Below are positions 38,423 through 48,044 of a stretch of 64,000 nt of DNA, in pieces (the stretch's first letter is position 1; every line of letters begins with the position of its first letter). A program made the translations under genes and the position numbers. Below the pieces are notes generated by a model. The model ran no database searches and was not told the origin of the DNA. It saw nothing but the letters and a program-made list of their open reading frames with translations. The stretch lies in NCBI GenBank assembly GCA_041651355.1, contig JBAZJK010000001.1, forward strand, positions 293,883-357,882. The letters are read 5' to 3'. The stretch comes from Patescibacteria group bacterium. Its GTDB lineage: Bacteria; Patescibacteriota; Patescibacteriia; Patescibacteriales; UBA12465.

Positions 38423-39673
38423 TTAAGAAATCAAATCACGCTTGATATTGATTTTTTTCGGGGTGAATATAAGTAAGAAGATGGCAATCAAACTGCCTGT
38501 CAAGCCGATAAAAGAGAAGGCTCCGGAATTGCCGAAGCGATCGGCTATGAAACCAGCTACCATCGGTCCCAAGACATAGCCCAGATTCGTGAAAAAGTCC
38601 TCTAGGCTTTCTATCTCTTTTTCGTAGTCAGGACTTTCACTGATGTAGTCGGCGTAGGCACCGTTAATAGCCGGCCAGGAAATAGAGATGAAGATTGAAG
38701 ATATGAAAATGGTTAGGATTATCAATATCGGGTTGTCTAAGAAATATATCATAAATAAGAGCAGTGACCCGATGCCTAAAGACGTGAAGGCTGTCTTTTT
38801 TTTGCCGTAGCGTCGGGTGAGTGAGCCAACTAGCCAGCCAACCAAGAGAGCGGGCAGAGAGTAGGCGGTCATGAAGAACCCGGAAAATTTCCTGATTTCG
38901 CTCATGCCTTCGGCGAAGATCGGACCGACAGTCCAGAAGAAGGCATCAATGAAGTTAAGCATCAGGGTGAGGATCAGGACGGGCAAGAGGATTCGGCCTA
39001 GCTTCTTCCAGGTTTTTATTTCTAGCCAGAGGCCTTTTTCTTTGATTTTAGGAGCCGTGCTTTCTGTTTGGCGGCGGTTAGGGCTGAAATAATACATGAC
39101 CAAGAAAAAGAAAATAGCGATGATCAGAAATATCCAAGCCAGGATTAAGGACTTATAGTCAAAGGCTTCAGCGATCATGAAGCCGACTAAGATCGGTGCG
39201 ATCAGGAAACCGATCGATTGGAAGACTTGGATCAAGCCAAAGCCCTCACTGTGCTCGGATTTCTTCAGCTGGCGCCCGACAAAGTCGAAATTACCGATAT
39301 TTTTCAGGTCGAAATAGACTCCCCAGATAGCCATTGCTAAGATATATAAGATGAAAGTATTGGCTTTAAATAAGATTAGGGGGTAGAACAGGCAGATAGC
39401 TAACATGATGAGGAACATCCGCTTGTAGTAAGTATTTTTGAATATCCGGCAGGCGATGAAATCGAATAGGGCGCCGGCCACCGAAGAGCTGCCGATGATT
39501 ATTCCCATCAGGGTTTCAGAAATCCCCCGTTCGCTGATAATAAGAGGAGTCATATAGGAAATGACGCCTTCGTATAAGGACCAGAAAAGCATGACGAAGC
39601 AGAGGAGATAGAGGGTGCTTTTTCCGTGCTTGTATTTCTTGATAAAGTCGGCCAGCAGTCTCAAGGTAGGCAT
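38423..39673 (-). CDS. MFS transporter
   Basis: 416 aa, 12 TM segments in two halves with a central loop. Confidence 0.75.
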   Translation of the reverse strand: MPTLRLLADFIKKYKHGKSTLYLLCFVMLFWSLYEGVISYMTPLIISERGISETLMGIIIGSSSVAGALFDFIACRIFKNTYYKRMFLIMLAICLFYPLILFKANTFILYILAMAIWGVYFDLKNIGNFDFVGRQLKKSEHSEGFGLIQVFQSIGFLIAPILVGFMIAEAFDYKSLILAWIFLIIAIFFFLVMYYFSPNRRQTESTAPKIKEKGLWLEIKTWKKLGRILLPVLILTLMLNFIDAFFWTVGPIFAEGMSEIRKFSGFFMTAYSLPALLVGWLVGSLTRRYGKKKTAFTSLGIGSLLLFMIYFLDNPILIILTIFISSIFISISWPAINGAYADYISESPDYEKEIESLEDFFTNLGYVLGPMVAGFIADRFGNSGAFSFIGLTGSLIAIFLLIFTPKKINIKRDLIS

Positions 39674-39823
39674 ATTATTGGTAATTATACTATTATCATA
39701 GCATATTTCCTGATTATTAATATAATATTCTTAATTGCTACCCACCTTTAGGCGTGCTATAATTTTAATAATCTAATTAATTCATGCTTGGTATTTTAAA
39801 ATATCAAGCTGATCGTCAATAAT

Positions 39824-40519
39824 ATGAAAAAAATCATAGTTAGCGTATTGCTTGTTTCTTTTCTGGGTCTGCCTTTAGCTTGGCAGGGGGCTCGAGCTGA
39901 AGACAGCTTTTCCGGGATTGCCGGGACGGTCGTGACTTCCGTGAATCGGCCGAGCGAGGATCTAGAAAAGATTCCCGCTCCGCAATTCATCAATCTCTAT
40001 CGCTCCATCCGTAAGGTCGGGAGCGCTTTATGGGGCGTCAAGAAGGAAAGCAAGACTGAAGATACTAAATTGGAAAAGATCGCTACTCCTAATCAGATTT
40101 CCCAATATAGCAATATCCAACGCAAGGGTAATGCCTTGTGGGGGATCAAGAAATCAGATCCCTTTGTCGCTGTCACAGCCGAGCAATCAGCTTGCGTGAT
40201 TAGCGCGATTGAGAACAAGGATAAAGCGGTAATTGAAAATCGGAATCAGGAACTCAAGGCTTTAACTGATCTGATCAATAATCGGACCGCTTGCCAGAAG
40301 AGCGCTTTAGCTAGCCTGGATGAACAGAAGGATAACCTGAAAAAATGTGCTAGCATCTTCAAATCATCCAATCGAGAGTTGCGGGTGATGACGCAAAAAT
40401 CACAAACAGCCATTTGGCAGACATATAAGACAAGTTTAGCTGCCTGTTCCAAAGACTTGGTCGTTATCGAAGACGGTGATGAAACCGTGATGTCTACGAC
40501 CAATGCCAAACTCGATTAA
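39824..40519 (+). CDS. Secreted protein with an internal repeat and a coiled-coil C-terminus
   Basis: Signal peptide MKKIIVSVLLVSFLGLPLAWQGARA. Repeat (K/R)xGxALWG(V/I)KK occurs twice. Confidence 0.65.
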   Translation: MKKIIVSVLLVSFLGLPLAWQGARAEDSFSGIAGTVVTSVNRPSEDLEKIPAPQFINLYRSIRKVGSALWGVKKESKTEDTKLEKIATPNQISQYSNIQRKGNALWGIKKSDPFVAVTAEQSACVISAIENKDKAVIENRNQELKALTDLINNRTACQKSALASLDEQKDNLKKCASIFKSSNRELRVMTQKSQTAIWQTYKTSLAACSKDLVVIEDGDETVMSTTNAKLD

Positions 40520-40554
40520 AAGCAAAGAAAAAAAATATTAGTGCGTATTAATTA

Positions 40555-40577
40555 AAAGATGAAGCCTTTCATCTTTT
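40555..40577 (+). terminator. Rho-independent terminator
   Basis: AAAGATGAA-GCCT-TTCATCTTT. Confidence 0.6.
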
Positions 40578-40604
40578 AATTATTTAATTATTAAACAAAA
40601 AATT

Positions 40605-40997
40605 ATGGAAGAAAATAAAAATGGCGAAAAGAAGTCTCATCATGGCGATCATTGCTGCCAAGCTTTTAAGGGTTGCTGCGGTTCCCATGGCAAATTCATC
40701 AAGATTTTTTTGGCCTTGGTGATTGCGGTCTTCATCTTTTGCTTAGGCCTTAATTTCGGCTCCCACTTCGGACGCTATAAGGGTGCTTTCTATGGACCAG
40801 GCGCAATGATGGGGGGACGTTATTTCCGGGGAGGCGATAGGGACGGACAGGCTTGCCGTTTCCAGAATAAGGATAATAGCGCTTGCCCGATGCAGAGGCA
40901 ATTGAACCAGGCTAGTCCGGAAGCGAGTAATAACCCGTCGACCGACCAAACTCCACCCGCTAGCGCTCCGCTCGAGAACGCAAATCCAGCCCAGTAA
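40605..40997 (+). CDS. Small single-pass membrane protein with a His/Cys-rich N-terminus
   Basis: HHGDHCCQAFKGCCGSHGK, then a TM segment, then a Gly/Arg-rich and Pro-rich tail. Confidence 0.55.
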   Translation: MEENKNGEKKSHHGDHCCQAFKGCCGSHGKFIKIFLALVIAVFIFCLGLNFGSHFGRYKGAFYGPGAMMGGRYFRGGDRDGQACRFQNKDNSACPMQRQLNQASPEASNNPSTDQTPPASAPLENANPAQ

Positions 40998-41016
40998 ATC
41001 ATTTTTTCCTATTAGA

Positions 41017-41041
41017 AAAGGCCCTTTTATCGGGGCCTTTT
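41017..41041. terminator. Bidirectional terminator
   Basis: AAAGGCCC / GGGCCTTT stem with an 8-nt loop. Confidence 0.55.
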
Positions 41042-41057
41042 GGCGATTACTGCTTTC

Positions 41058-41345
41058 TCAACCATGGATTTTCATGCATGTAACGCAGGTAGTGGCCGTC
41101 GGGATGATTTCCAGCCTTCGTTGTTCGATTTCTTGGCCGCATTTTTCGCAGAATTCATAGCGGTTGTTACTGATCCTCTGCAGGGCTTTAAGGAGTTGGG
41201 TGATTTTTTGGCTTTTCTGTTCGACTAAGTAATTAGAGGCCTCACCCTGGATAGCGAGTTCTTCCTCAAGTTTTTGCTTGTCTTGGAGCCTTTTCAAATG
41301 GCTCGAAAGCCGCAGCCTTTGTTGTTCGATAAATTCCTTGTCCAT
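41058..41345 (-). CDS. DksA/TraR-family C4 zinc-finger protein
   Basis: 95 aa. Coiled-coil N-terminus. CEKCGQEI...CVTCM zinc finger. Confidence 0.7.
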   Translation of the reverse strand: MDKEFIEQQRLRLSSHLKRLQDKQKLEEELAIQGEASNYLVEQKSQKITQLLKALQRISNNRYEFCEKCGQEIEQRRLEIIPTATTCVTCMKIHG

Positions 41346-41501
41346 CCTGATTGTTTTTATGTTGTTTATGTAATGTGCGAAGTTTCTAAATTATCATTTC
41401 GTTATCAATATGTCAAATGTTTGTTTAGTTGATAAAAGATAGGTATTCTGTTATCTTAAAAGCAAATCATCATTCGTTCATTAAAAGTCAGGAGGTGTTT
41501 C

Positions 41502-42239
41502 ATGAAAAAAAAGAAAAGAGCTGTCTGGCTCAGAAAGTTAGCAGACGCCTTTTTTTTCTGGTTGCTGCTCTATCCGGCCATCATCGTATTAGGTTGGCTG
41601 TTTTTGGGCTCTTTAGAGCTTTTCGGAGCAATCCGGATCCGTAATAAGAATCTGCTTCCTAAATGGCCCCGAGGCCTTTTAGTGGTTTCTAACCATCCTT
41701 CTTTTTGGGAACCTTTTGCTTTAAATTATCTTTTTATCCGAGCGGCTAGCCTTAATCCGATCCGATTCTTTCCTTATGGGACTCCGGATTTCCATAATTT
41801 CAATAAATGGTATTGGACAACCTTAAAGAACCGCTTCATCTTTTTTCCGCGCGGGGACGACCGTTCTTGCGCGGCTGCTCATGCTCGGACCGCCCGCTTG
41901 CTCAAGAAAGGCAGGATTGTGATCATTTTCCCTGAAGGCGGAAGAACTGGAACCAATAAAAGCAATATTTGGTTGCAGTCTCCTAAGGGAAACCGTCTAC
42001 GGCCCCTGAAAAGCGGAGCCGCACGTTTGGCCTTGCAGTCTAAATGCGACATCCTGCCGGTTTGGGTGAGAGGCGCCGATCGGGTTATGCCCTTGGGCTC
42101 TAAGTTGCCTAAATTTTGGCGCCGGACTGAGATTGTCGTAGGGGAAAGCTTTCGTTTAGAAGGCGAAGAAAGTCGCAGTTACCTGAAGTCGGCTAACGAA
42201 GAAATCGCTAATCGGCTCTTAAGCTTATCCGACCAATGA
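41502..42239 (+). CDS. 1-acyl-sn-glycerol-3-phosphate acyltransferase family (PlsC-like)
   Basis: SNHPSFWE (HX4D-type box, with E) and FPEGGRTG motifs. Confidence 0.75.
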   Translation: MKKKKRAVWLRKLADAFFFWLLLYPAIIVLGWLFLGSLELFGAIRIRNKNLLPKWPRGLLVVSNHPSFWEPFALNYLFIRAASLNPIRFFPYGTPDFHNFNKWYWTTLKNRFIFFPRGDDRSCAAAHARTARLLKKGRIVIIFPEGGRTGTNKSNIWLQSPKGNRLRPLKSGAARLALQSKCDILPVWVRGADRVMPLGSKLPKFWRRTEIVVGESFRLEGEESRSYLKSANEEIANRLLSLSDQ

Positions 42240-42365
42240 AAAGTCGGGAAAAGGGATGAGAAAATCATCTCTTTTTATATATTTGTCTTTATCGATATAT
42301 TTGTTATACTAATATATACCTTATATTATTTATAAGTTTTAATTTATTTAATCTTTATCAATATT

Positions 42366-42758
42366 ATGAAGAAAATAAGCTTGTCTTTATTGTTACTTTC
42401 CGCTGTTTTCGTTTTGGCGGCCTGCAGTACTAAAAGCAGCCAAGTCGTTAACGATCAAACCCCAATCCAGACTAACGCTCCGGCTGACTCAGCTATTCCG
42501 ACTGAGCCGACTACTAACACCGCTTTTTTCACTTTAGCGGATGTGGCTAAGCATAATAGCCCTAGCGATTGCTGGCTAGCTGTTGACGGTAATGTCTTCG
42601 ATGTCACGGCCTATGTCAAAGCCGGCTTACATCCGGGAGGAGAAGCGATTCTCAAGGGTTGCGGCCTAGATGCCAGCCAAATGTTCGCCCAGGTGAAGAA
42701 ACACGGTGATAAGGCCAGGGGGATGCTCGATTCCTATTTCATCGGTAAATTACAATAA
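42366..42758 (+). CDS. Lipoprotein with cytochrome b5-like heme/steroid-binding domain
   Basis: Lipobox VLAACS. CWLAVDGNVFDVT...HPGG motif. Confidence 0.7.
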   Translation: MKKISLSLLLLSAVFVLAACSTKSSQVVNDQTPIQTNAPADSAIPTEPTTNTAFFTLADVAKHNSPSDCWLAVDGNVFDVTAYVKAGLHPGGEAILKGCGLDASQMFAQVKKHGDKARGMLDSYFIGKLQ

Positions 42759-42785
42759 CCAACTAGGTAGATTTTATCTTATTCA

Positions 42786-42819
42786 GGGATTAGGGCTTAT
42801 GTCCTAATCCCGCCTTTTT
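42786..42819 (+). terminator. Rho-independent terminator
   Basis: 9-bp stem GGGATTAGG / CCTAATCCC, then a T5 run. Confidence 0.7.
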
Positions 42820-42836
42820 ATCGCTTATCAGGATTT

Positions 42837-44672
42837 ATGGGTCAATTATTCCAGCTAAAATCAGAATTTTCTCCGGCGGGCGATCAGCCGGAAGCAATCA
42901 AGAGATTGCAATCAGGCCTGGCACGCGGCGAGCGCTACCAGACGCTTTTAGGCGTGACTGGGTCCGGTAAAACATTCACGGTTGCTAATGTGATTGCGAG
43001 CCAAGATAAGCCGGTTTTGGTGATGGCTCCTAACAAGGCTTTGGCCGCCCAGCTCTATCGGGAGTATAAGAATTTCTTTCCTGATAATGCGGTCCATTAT
43101 TTCGTTTCCTATTACGACTACTATCAGCCGGAAGCCTATTTGCCAATCACTGATACCTATATCGATAAGGAAGCGATGATTAACCAGGAAATCGAGCGTT
43201 TGCGCCATGCCGCTACTTCGTCTCTTATGACCAGGCGTGATGTTATCATTGTCGCATCGGTCTCTTGCATATACAACCTAGGAGTGCCGGAAAACTACTC
43301 TGAATCAAAACTCCATTTAGAAAAAAATAAGCCAATGGTGCGAGCTGATCTGATTAAGCAATTAGTTAAAATGCAGTTTGAACGCACTAATGGCGAAATC
43401 AGTCGTGGCCAATTTAGGGCGCGGGGCGATATTTTAGAGATTCGGGCGATGTCGGAAAACATCGTTTATCAAGTTGAGATTATTGAGCAAAAGATTGCGG
43501 GACTAAAGATCATTGATAATCTTACCAAGAATATCCTGGATGATCTATCAGAAATAGTCGTTTTTCCTCCCAAGCACTTCGTTTCTACCCAGCCTCAGAT
43601 TCAAGTTGCCATTAATAATATCAAGGAAGAACTAAAAGATCGTCTTAAGTATTTTAATAAGAATAAATTATATTTGGAGGCCGAACGCTTGGAGCGCCGG
43701 ATCCGCTATGATATGGAGATGCTCAAGACTCTGGGCTATTGTCACGGGATTGAAAATTATTCCCGCCATCTGACCGGGAAGTTAGCTGGGGAAGCGCCAG
43801 ATTCTCTTTTGGCCTATTTCCCCCAGAAAGCCGGCCAGCCTGATTTTTTAACCATCATCGATGAATCGCATATCGCGGTGCCGCAGGTAGGCGGAATGTA
43901 TAACGGCGACCGGGCACGCAAAGAAACCTTAGTCCAATATGGCTGGCGTCTGCCTTCGGCTTTAGATAACCGCCCCCTTAAATTCTCTGAATTTGAACAG
44001 CGGATAGGCCAAGTTATATTCACAACGGCAACGCCGGGCGATTTCGAAATCAAGCACTCTAGCCAAGTTGTCGAGCAAGTAATCAGGCCGACAGGCCTAG
44101 TCGATCCAGAAATCGAGATCCGTCCAGTGTTTGATAAAGAATCTAATTACAGCCAGATAAATGATATTATTAAAGAAATCAAGGTTTTAGCCGCTAAGAA
44201 CGAGAGGGTGATCGTTAATACCTTAACTAAGAAGCAGGCGGAGGAGCTGAACACTTATCTGCAAGCCCAAGGCTTGAAATCCAATTATCTTCATTCCGAC
44301 GTTAAGACCTTGGAAAGGACAGAAATCCTCCAGCAATTTAGAGAAGGGAAATTTGACACTTTAATTGGAGTTAATCTTCTGCGTGAGGGCCTTGATTTGC
44401 CCGAGGTAACCCTAGTGGCGATCCTAGACGCTGATCGCGAAGGCTTTTTGCGTAGCCAGACTTCGCTTATCCAGACCATGGGCCGGGCGGCTCGTAATGT
44501 CAGGGGAAAGATCATCTTGTATGCTGATAAAATGACCGGTTCGATCAAGCGCGCTAAGCGGGAAGTTGACCGTCGCCGCCAAAAACAGCTGGCTTATAAT
44601 GAGAAGCACAGCATTACTCCGATGTCGGTCTCCAAAAAGATAGAACACTTTCTAGATATTGAAGAGAAATAA
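42837..44672 (+). CDS. uvrB: Excinuclease ABC subunit B (lacks the C-terminal UVR domain)
   Basis: 611 aa. GVTGSGKT Walker A, helicase motifs, YADKMTGS. Ends right after the ...EKHSITPMSV region, where E. coli UvrB (673 aa) continues into its UvrC-binding domain. Confidence 0.95.
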   Translation: MGQLFQLKSEFSPAGDQPEAIKRLQSGLARGERYQTLLGVTGSGKTFTVANVIASQDKPVLVMAPNKALAAQLYREYKNFFPDNAVHYFVSYYDYYQPEAYLPITDTYIDKEAMINQEIERLRHAATSSLMTRRDVIIVASVSCIYNLGVPENYSESKLHLEKNKPMVRADLIKQLVKMQFERTNGEISRGQFRARGDILEIRAMSENIVYQVEIIEQKIAGLKIIDNLTKNILDDLSEIVVFPPKHFVSTQPQIQVAINNIKEELKDRLKYFNKNKLYLEAERLERRIRYDMEMLKTLGYCHGIENYSRHLTGKLAGEAPDSLLAYFPQKAGQPDFLTIIDESHIAVPQVGGMYNGDRARKETLVQYGWRLPSALDNRPLKFSEFEQRIGQVIFTTATPGDFEIKHSSQVVEQVIRPTGLVDPEIEIRPVFDKESNYSQINDIIKEIKVLAAKNERVIVNTLTKKQAEELNTYLQAQGLKSNYLHSDVKTLERTEILQQFREGKFDTLIGVNLLREGLDLPEVTLVAILDADREGFLRSQTSLIQTMGRAARNVRGKIILYADKMTGSIKRAKREVDRRRQKQLAYNEKHSITPMSVSKKIEHFLDIEEK

Positions 44673-44699
44673 GAAATTAATTTAAAGTAAGCTATTCTT

Positions 44700-45269
44700 A
44701 TGAAGATAGAATACGAAGCTACGTTTACTAACATCGACAAAGAAGAGATTCGGGGGCGTTTGCGCCAAGCTGGAGCCTCTTTGATAAAGCCAGAATTTTT
44801 GCAGAAACGGGCGGTTTTTAATTTGCCGGATAATGATAGTAATTCTTGGCTACGCGTCCGAGATGAGGGGGATAAGATAACTATGAGCTTGAAGCGGGTA
44901 GATGGTGGGAGTATCCAGAATCAGAAAGAAACTTGTTTTACAGTCAGCGATTTTGAGGAAGCAAAAGAATTCCTGCAGCTTCTGGGTTGTCCATATAAAT
45001 CATACCAAGAAACCAAGAGGGAAATCTGGCTGTTAGGCGAAGCGGAGATCAGTCTTGATGAATGGCCCTATTTGGAGCCATTCGTGGAAATTGAGGCTCA
45101 GGATGAGGCTTCGGTTAAGGCGGCGGCCCAGCGTCTTGGTTTTAACTACGAAGATGCTTATTTTGGCGCGGTTGATGTTTTGTATAGCAAGAAATATGCT
45201 TGTCCTTTGGAATTAATAAACCAGCGGACACCGCGGATAACTTTTGAAGACCCAAATCCTTTCCTTTAG
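44700..45269 (+). CDS. CYTH-domain protein (CyaB / thiamine-triphosphatase-like)
   Basis: 189 aa. N-terminal IEYEATF (ExExK-type) and WLRVRDEGDKITMSLK strands. Confidence 0.65.
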   Translation: MKIEYEATFTNIDKEEIRGRLRQAGASLIKPEFLQKRAVFNLPDNDSNSWLRVRDEGDKITMSLKRVDGGSIQNQKETCFTVSDFEEAKEFLQLLGCPYKSYQETKREIWLLGEAEISLDEWPYLEPFVEIEAQDEASVKAAAQRLGFNYEDAYFGAVDVLYSKKYACPLELINQRTPRITFEDPNPFL

Positions 45270-45273
45270 CCAT

Positions 45274-47778
45274 ATGGAAGAAAAAATAATCATCCGCGGC
45301 GCGCGGATGCACAATTTAAAGAATATCGATTTAGAGATTCCTCATAATAAGCTGACAGTCATCAGCGGCGTTTCTGGTTCCGGCAAATCATCCTTAGCTT
45401 TTGATACGCTCTTTGCTGAAGGGCAGAGGCAATATGTAGAATCCTTGTCGCCTTATATGCGCCAATTTTTAGGACAGAAGAAACCGGCAGACGTTGATGA
45501 AATCATCGGTTTAGCCCCTTCGATTTCCATTGACCAGAAGGCTCTTTCCCATAATCCCCGCTCGACTGTCGGGACCCTAACGGACATCTATGATTACTTG
45601 CGCGTCCTCTATGCCCGGGTGGGAGAGGTGTTTTGTCCTTTGTGCGGTACTAAGATTGAAAAGCTATCCGCGGAAGAGATGGTTGATATCATTATCAAAC
45701 GCGGAGAGGATATATCAGAAGAATATGTCACCATCTTAGCTCCTGTCATTTTGGATCGAAAGGGTGAGTACTACCAGCTTTTATATAATTATCTTTCTTT
45801 GGGCTTTGCTGAAGCCAGAATCGACGGTTCCTGGCATTCCTTGCGGGAGCAAATCAAGTTATCGCCTAAACAGAAGCATGATATCCAGATCGTGATGGAC
45901 AAAGTGATGCTCAGCGACCAGAGCCGGATGTTTGAAGCAGTCGAGAACGCCTTATCATACAGCCAGGGATTAGTAATTGCTAAATACAAAGAGGCGGAAT
46001 TCTTATTATCGGCCAACTGGACTTGTCCAAAAGATAATTTTTCTTTCCCTGAAGTTGAACCTCGCCTATTTTCTTTTAATTCTCCCCATGGAGCTTGCCC
46101 AGAATGCAACGGTTTGGGGAAGATAGGCTTTTTTGCTGAGAAATCCTGCCCCAAATGCCAGGGCGACCGCTTGCGTCCGGAGGCTTTATCCGTCCGGGTG
46201 AATAATAAGAATTTAGCCGAAGTGGCCAGGATGCCAATCGATAAGGCGACGGATTTCTTTACCAAATATTATCACAAGATGACTAAGCGACAATTAGCGA
46301 TCGCTGAACCGGTTGTCCTGCAGATCATTAGTCGTTTCGAATTTTTGTTGAAAGTCGGCTTGCATTATCTTAATCTCTCTCGGGAAGCGGAAACCTTATC
46401 CGGCGGAGAGGCTCAGAGGATCAGGCTGTCTTCCCAGATAGGATCCCATCTTTCCCGGACTTTATATGTCTTAGACGAGCCGACTATCGGTTTACATGAG
46501 CGGGATACAGCTAGATTAATCCAGACGCTTAAAGCCCTGCGTGATAAGAATAATACGGTCGTGATCGTGGAACATGACGAAAAAACTCTTCGGGAATCTG
46601 ATTATCTGGTAGACCTTGGCCCCTTAGCCGGAGTCCATGGCGGCGAAGTCGTCGCCGCCGGCAGAACCGAGGATCTTTTAGTTGAGAAAAATAAAGACGG
46701 CCAGGGGTCTCTGACATTGGAGTACTTGCGTGGCCAAAGAGATATCTCTTTGCCGGATAAAAGGCGCAGCCAGAATCATGGGAGCTTGAAAATCTTGGGA
46801 GCGAAAGCTAATAACCTAAAAAACCTAAAAGTTGAAATTCCTTTAGGGAGACTGGTGGGACTAAGCGGCGTTTCTGGTTCAGGCAAGTCATCCTTGATGT
46901 ATGATGTTTTATATAAGAATATCAACCATATTAAGAATCGTCCGGGCGGGCGGGCTAAATTGGAGGACGTGAGCGATATCAAAGGTACCGATTACATTAA
47001 TAAGGTGGTAGTTATCGACCAGTCGCCAATCGGTAGGACGCCGCGTTCTAATCCAGCCACTTATACCGGCATCTTCACTCCGATTCGCGATTTCTTTGCT
47101 GCCTTGCCTGAGGCCAAAGAAAGAGCCTATACTTTGTCGCGTTTTTCCTTTAATCGTCCGGGCGGACGCTGTGAAGCTTGCGAAGGCGCTGGTTCTAATT
47201 TGATTGAGATGCATTTCCTACCCCCGGTCTTGGTTGAGTGCGAGGTTTGCCGGGGTAAAAGGTTTAATCGGGAAACTTTGCAAGTGAAGTACAAAGGCAA
47301 GAATATCGCTGATGTTCTAGATTTGACGATTGATGAGGCGGTTAATTTATTCGCTGAACATTATTATATCGTAGATAAGTTGAAAGTCCTGCAGTCGGTC
47401 GGACTGGGCTATCTAAAATTAGGCCAAAGCGCCACCACTTTATCTGGCGGCGAAGCTCAGCGTATTAAGATCGCTAAAGAATTAACCTATACTTTAGGTA
47501 AGCGCACCCTATATCTCCTGGATGAGCCGACTACCGGCCTTCATTATTACGACATCGAGATGTTGCTTAGCGTCCTAAATAAATTAGTGGAGAAAGGGAA
47601 CTCGGTTCTAGTCATTGAGCATAATCTTCATATGCTAAAATCAATGGATTATATCATTGACTTGGGTCCGGATGGCGGCGATCAAGGCGGCCGATTAGTG
47701 GCTAGCGGCAGTCCGGAAGAGATAGCCGCTAATAGCAAGAGCATTACCGGTGAGTATCTTAAAGAATATCTTAAATAA
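45274..47778 (+). CDS. uvrA: Excinuclease ABC subunit A (insertion domain absent)
   Basis: 834 aa from the ATG at 45274. Two ABC modules (GVSGSGKSS twice, LSGGEAQR twice). Only 9 residues lie between the zinc-module pairs CPECNGLG and CPKCQG. Confidence 0.95.
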   Translation: MEEKIIIRGARMHNLKNIDLEIPHNKLTVISGVSGSGKSSLAFDTLFAEGQRQYVESLSPYMRQFLGQKKPADVDEIIGLAPSISIDQKALSHNPRSTVGTLTDIYDYLRVLYARVGEVFCPLCGTKIEKLSAEEMVDIIIKRGEDISEEYVTILAPVILDRKGEYYQLLYNYLSLGFAEARIDGSWHSLREQIKLSPKQKHDIQIVMDKVMLSDQSRMFEAVENALSYSQGLVIAKYKEAEFLLSANWTCPKDNFSFPEVEPRLFSFNSPHGACPECNGLGKIGFFAEKSCPKCQGDRLRPEALSVRVNNKNLAEVARMPIDKATDFFTKYYHKMTKRQLAIAEPVVLQIISRFEFLLKVGLHYLNLSREAETLSGGEAQRIRLSSQIGSHLSRTLYVLDEPTIGLHERDTARLIQTLKALRDKNNTVVIVEHDEKTLRESDYLVDLGPLAGVHGGEVVAAGRTEDLLVEKNKDGQGSLTLEYLRGQRDISLPDKRRSQNHGSLKILGAKANNLKNLKVEIPLGRLVGLSGVSGSGKSSLMYDVLYKNINHIKNRPGGRAKLEDVSDIKGTDYINKVVVIDQSPIGRTPRSNPATYTGIFTPIRDFFAALPEAKERAYTLSRFSFNRPGGRCEACEGAGSNLIEMHFLPPVLVECEVCRGKRFNRETLQVKYKGKNIADVLDLTIDEAVNLFAEHYYIVDKLKVLQSVGLGYLKLGQSATTLSGGEAQRIKIAKELTYTLGKRTLYLLDEPTTGLHYYDIEMLLSVLNKLVEKGNSVLVIEHNLHMLKSMDYIIDLGPDGGDQGGRLVASGSPEEIAANSKSITGEYLKEYLK

Positions 47779-47801
47779 AAAAACCAGCTTTTGTGGCTGG
47801 T
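47777..47801. terminator. Bidirectional terminator (uvrA / small minus-strand ORF)
   Basis: ACCAGC-TTTTGTG-GCTGGT, preceded by an A7 run. Confidence 0.65.
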
Positions 47802-47825
47802 GTGAGAGAGGGAAGTAAGGAGAGT

Positions 47826-47963
47826 TCAATGGAATTGGGGGCAGTACATGATTAAGGCGGAATAAGCGAAGAGGATCAAGACGGCTATGAGTATAACCTT
47901 CCCGTAATCGAGATTCTGGAGCCTTCTTTCAAGCCAATCTGGTTTTTGGGTTTCTTCATTCAT
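47826..47963 (-). CDS. Candidate 45-aa single-TM protein (below the ORF-track cutoff)
   Basis: MNEETQKPDWLERRLQNLDYGKVILIAVLILFAYSALIMYCPQFH. Perfect consensus promoter upstream, terminator downstream. Confidence 0.4.
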   Translation of the reverse strand: MNEETQKPDWLERRLQNLDYGKVILIAVLILFAYSALIMYCPQFH

Positions 47964-48004
47964 CTTATCTGGATTTTGGATTTATAATCAAAGGAACTGA
48001 GGAT

Positions 48005-48033
48005 ATTATAGTATAAATTAATATTTTTGTCAA
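48005..48033 (-). promoter_or_regulatory. Perfect consensus sigma70 promoter (minus strand)
   Basis: Reverse complement reads TTGACA, 17-nt spacer, TATAAT. Confidence 0.7.
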
Positions 48034-48044
48034 TACTAGAAGAG

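Noticed and set aside
41040-41228. 62-aa plus-strand ORF opposite the DksA/TraR gene
   Set aside because: The minus-strand frame carries the recognisable C4 zinc finger and coiled coil. The plus frame has no support.
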